Shown here: in pieces, positions 61,169 to 64,000 of the stretch
How positions within the stretch are numbered: position 1 is the stretch's first letter
How the letters are laid out: each line of letters begins with the position of its first letter
From: Flavobacteriales bacterium
GTDB lineage: Bacteria > Bacteroidota > Bacteroidia > Flavobacteriales_F > PHOS-HE28
NCBI GenBank assembly: GCA_016713865.1
Contig: JADJOG010000047.1
Coordinates: forward strand, 26,729 to 90,728
DNA length: 64,000 nt
Reading direction: 5' to 3'
Translations under genes and position numbers: made by a program
Notes under the pieces: model-generated
The model's input: only the letters and a program-made list of their open reading frames with translations
Databases searched by the model: none
Told to the model about the DNA's origin: nothing

Positions 61169-61962
61169 CGCCGTTGGAACTGATCGACACCCACGCCCAC
61201 CTCTACCACAAGCAGTTCGATGCCGACCGCGAGGCCATGCTATCGCGCGCGGCGGAAGCAGGCGTCACCAAGCTCTTCCTCCCGAACGTGGACCACGACA
61301 GCATCGCGGCGATGGATGCGTTGGCCACAGCGCACCCCGATCGCTGCTTCGCCATGATGGGCTTGCACCCCTGCTCCGTGGGCGCCGATAATGCAACCGC
61401 CCTGGAAGAAGTGGAGCGCTTGCTGCGCACGGGCCGCTATTGCGCCGTGGGCGAGATCGGCATCGACCTCTATTGGGACAAGACCTTCCTCGCGCAGCAG
61501 CAAGAAGTATTTCGTCAGCAAGTGCGTTGGGCGAAGGCGCTGAAGCTGCCCATCGCGATCCATTGCCGTGAGAGCTTCGCTGAAGTGATCGCCATTGTGG
61601 AAGAGGAGAATGACGAATCGCTCACCGGTGTGTTCCACTGCTTCACCGGAAGTGGAGAGCAGGCACAGCGCGTGATCGCGTTGAAAGGCTTCTATCTCGG
61701 CATCGGCGGCGTGATCACCTATCCGAAAGGCGGCCTCTTCGAGACCATGCGCGATGTGGGCGCCGAGCATTGCGTGCTGGAGACCGATGCGCCGTACCTG
61801 GCCCCGGTGCCCTATCGCGGCAAGCGCAACGAGAGCAGCTACATCCCGCACATCGCCGCCAAGCTGGCCGATGCAACGGGCAAGAGCATCGAGGAAGTCG
61901 CGCGCATCACCACGGCCAACGCAGAGGCCTTGTTCAATTCAACCACGGATGCACACCGATGA
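61105..61962 (+). CDS. tatD: TatD-family metal-dependent hydrolase
   Basis: LIDTHAHL...GEIGIDLYWDK...CFTG motifs. The annotated ATG lies inside the repeat element; the true start may be the TTG at 61174 (MELIDTHAHL). Confidence 0.8.
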   Translation: MLRHLRQSTLNRLSNQPATPNPPLELIDTHAHLYHKQFDADREAMLSRAAEAGVTKLFLPNVDHDSIAAMDALATAHPDRCFAMMGLHPCSVGADNATALEEVERLLRTGRYCAVGEIGIDLYWDKTFLAQQQEVFRQQVRWAKALKLPIAIHCRESFAEVIAIVEEENDESLTGVFHCFTGSGEQAQRVIALKGFYLGIGGVITYPKGGLFETMRDVGAEHCVLETDAPYLAPVPYRGKRNESSYIPHIAAKLADATGKSIEEVARITTANAEALFNSTTDAHR

Positions 61963-62072
61963 ACACGGATAGGACATTCATTTGGTGCGAAATGGGTTTC
62001 GCACAGGGACCACTGGCACCACACCATCAGCGAGCCGGAAATCCGACCAGCATCCGTGGTTAACTTGAACCG

Positions 62073-63104
62073 ATGAGCCAGCCCTCCGTACTCCTGATCT
62101 ACACCGGCGGCACCATTGGCATGTGGGCCGATCCACGCACCGGCGCGTTGCGCCCCATGGACCTGGAGCACCTTGAGGAGCAGGTGCCGGAGTTGGAGCG
62201 TGTCGGCGTGAAGCTGTCGAGCGTGGCCTTCGATACGCCCATCGACAGCAGCGACATGCGACCCGCCGATTGGGTCCGCATCGCGCGCATCATCGGCAAC
62301 AACTACCACAAGCACGATGGCTTCGTTGTGCTGCATGGCAGCGATACCATGGCCTATACCGCCAGCGCGCTCAGCTTCCTGCTGGAGAACCTCGCGAAGC
62401 CCGTGATCCTCACCGGATCGCAATTGCCTATTGGCACCATCCGGACCGATGCCAAGGAGAACCTGATCACCGCTATCGAGATCGCTGCCGCCAAGGATGA
62501 AGCGGGCCGCGCCATGGTTCCTGAAGTGGCCGTGTATTTCGAGTACCGGCTCCTGCGCGGCAATCGCACCGTGAAAGTGCATGCCGAACGCTTCGAGGCC
62601 TTCCGCTCGCCCAATTGGCCAGCACTGGCCGAAGCGGGCGTACACCTGCGCTACGACCATGGTGCGATCCTGCAGCACCCAACCAAGCCGCTCGTGGTGC
62701 ATGAACAGCTCGAAGCACAAGTGGGCGTGGTGCGGCTCTTCCCCGGCATCTCCGGCGAATGGGTGCGACATGCGCTCTCTACTCCTGGGCTGCGCGCGGC
62801 CATCCTCACCAGCTTCGGCAGCGGCAACGGCCCAACGGATAATGGCTTCGTCGCAGCGCTGCGTGAGGCCCGCGAGCGCGGCATCCACCTCTTGAATGTG
62901 ACCCAATGTGTGGGCGGCCGTGTGGAGCAGGGGCGTTATGTGACCAGCCGTGCGTTCGTGGAGATGGGCGTGATCCCCTGCGCCGACATGACGGTAGAGG
63001 CCACTCTGGCCAAGGCCATGTTCCTATTGGCGGCTGATCAGCCAGCGGGGGCCTTCGCCCAACGAATGGCAGCACCGATCGCCGGTGAGATGACGTTGGG
63101 TTAA
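62073..63104 (+). CDS. ansA: L-asparaginase, type I
   Basis: LIYTGGTIGM and HGSDTMAYTASALSF motifs. Length 343 aa. Confidence 0.85.
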   Translation: MSQPSVLLIYTGGTIGMWADPRTGALRPMDLEHLEEQVPELERVGVKLSSVAFDTPIDSSDMRPADWVRIARIIGNNYHKHDGFVVLHGSDTMAYTASALSFLLENLAKPVILTGSQLPIGTIRTDAKENLITAIEIAAAKDEAGRAMVPEVAVYFEYRLLRGNRTVKVHAERFEAFRSPNWPALAEAGVHLRYDHGAILQHPTKPLVVHEQLEAQVGVVRLFPGISGEWVRHALSTPGLRAAILTSFGSGNGPTDNGFVAALREARERGIHLLNVTQCVGGRVEQGRYVTSRAFVEMGVIPCADMTVEATLAKAMFLLAADQPAGAFAQRMAAPIAGEMTLG

Positions 63105-63216
63105 CGTGCTAGTTGATTCACTTCTCCCGCTGCTCGCCGCGCCTCTTGCCGGAAAGACCTTTTGCTACCTTGGCCGCCCTTCGGAAGGCACTGGAACCGC
63201 CTTTCGATGCATAAAC

Positions 63217-63306
63217 GGAGAGATGGCCGAGTGGTTGAAGGCGCGCGCCTGGAAAGTGCGTTTACCTGAAAGGGTAACGGGGGTTCGAATCCCTCTCTCT
63301 CCGCCA
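63217..63306 (+). tRNA. tRNA-Ser (anticodon GGA), with encoded CCA
   Basis: Manual fold. Acceptor stem GGAGAGA/TCTCTCC (7 of 7 pairs). Anticodon stem CGCGC/GTGCG with loop CTGGAAA. Long variable arm. T-loop GTTCGAATC. Discriminator G followed by CCA. Confidence 0.85.
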
Positions 63307-63387
63307 TTGCAGATCGGCGGCGGAGCCGCCGCATCATCTGCGACGGCGGCGAGCGAAGCTTGTTTCGGCGAGCCGACGATGCAGATG

Positions 63388-63745
63388 ATGCAAGGCCCGA
63401 AGGGCCGTCGATCTGCAATGAAGCCCTCCCTAACGGGAAAGGCCGACGAAGAAGGCCAATCCCTTTCCCTTCATAGCAGCGAGCCGTCCCGGCGCAGGCC
63501 GGGATTGCTCGTGCGAGCGGAAAGCGCGTTCAGCCGGAGGTCCGAAGGACCGACGCCATGGAATGAAGCCCTCCCCCAACGGGAAAGGCCGACGAAGGAG
63601 GCCAATCCCGTTGATTCAAGATCCTTTGGCCGAGCTTGCTCGAGCGAGCAGACAGCGCAGATGAACCAAGGCCCGAAGGGCCGTCGATCTGCAATGAAGC
63701 CCTCCCCAACGGGAAAGGCTGACGAAGGAGGCCAAAACCCTAGGA
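63388..63745. repeat. three degenerate copies of a 60-90 nt structured repeat (core AATGAAGCCCTCCCyAACGGGAAAGGCyGACGAAGrAGGCCAA, two copies preceded by CAGATGAwsCAAGGCCCGAAGGGCCGTCGATCTGC)
   Basis: Direct sequence comparison of 63388-63475, 63557-63615 and 63655-63745. Each unit has an internal hairpin GGCCCgaaGGGCC. CGATCTGCAATG is the inverted complement of CATTGCAGATCG at the tRNA 3' end. Confidence 0.5.
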
Positions 63746-63913
63746 ATAAGGCCGGTCATTCCTTAATCAGGAACGCACCAAATGGTGGCCAACTGCCTCC
63801 GTTGCCTAAAGCTCTCGTGACCGATGCGGCGAACGTCCGCTGCTAACTACCATCTTTGACCGCTCATTCCGGAACCAACACCGACAACAACCCCCACACG
63901 CAACCTTTCAAAC

Positions 63914-64000
63914 ATGGTACGCAAGCTCTTGACAATCTGCTTCGCCGGCCTCTTGGGCGTTAGCATGCTCAGCACGCCCGTGATGGCGCAGGAAGCCCCG
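63914..64000 (+). CDS. start of a secreted protein gene (partial, runs off the window)
   Basis: ATG followed by MVRKLLTICFAGLLGVSMLSTPVMAQEAP, a signal-peptide-like sequence. Confidence 0.4.
   Translation, partial: MVRKLLTICFAGLLGVSMLSTPVMAQEAP

Noticed and set aside
63388-63745. Possible CRISPR array downstream of tRNA-Ser.
   Set aside because: Only three degenerate units of unequal length and irregular spacing. Units are internally palindromic and differ by several substitutions. No cas genes in the window.
63106-63846. 246-aa ORF spanning the tRNA-Ser and the downstream repeats.
   Set aside because: It translates straight through a canonical tRNA and repetitive DNA (repeated QGPKGRRSAMKPS segments are the repeat units read as protein). 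Artefact.

Overview
This window is a 64-kb stretch of a high-GC (about 62-65%) Bacteroidota chromosome. The phylum call rests on at least seven proteins carrying the Por/T9SS C-terminal sorting domain, on HU-SPOR, bacilliredoxin, TonB-dependent receptor and MORN/YwqK lipoprotein genes, and on TAnnTTTG-type -7 promoter boxes.

Housekeeping genes: hmgA, trhO, a short-chain L-threonine dehydrogenase-like epimerase, cysS, polA, a metB/metC-family PLP enzyme, an EamA transporter, yicC-gmk-nadD, udk, recJ, tadA, gdhA, dprA, kdsB, tatD, ansA and tRNA-Ser(GGA).

Accessory content: a T9SS secretome island of about 38 kb. It holds an FG-GAP repeat protein, a tandem triplet of M43 (ulilysin-like) metalloproteases, a cytochrome c-copper monooxygenase (PHM/DBH-like) fusion, two tandem M36 fungalysin-like proteases with different C-terminal sorting modules, and a 1307-aa BNR/Asp-box protein. 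A 95-130 bp MITE-like repeat occurs twice (about 4.1 kb and 61.1 kb). A degenerate 60-90 nt structured repeat occurs three times just downstream of tRNA-Ser.

No CRISPR array, transposase, integrase or recognisable defence system was found.

Many conserved genes carry frameshifts, for example four in polA, mostly at homopolymer runs. This looks like assembly indel error rather than gene decay, so the pseudogene calls below should be read with that caveat.
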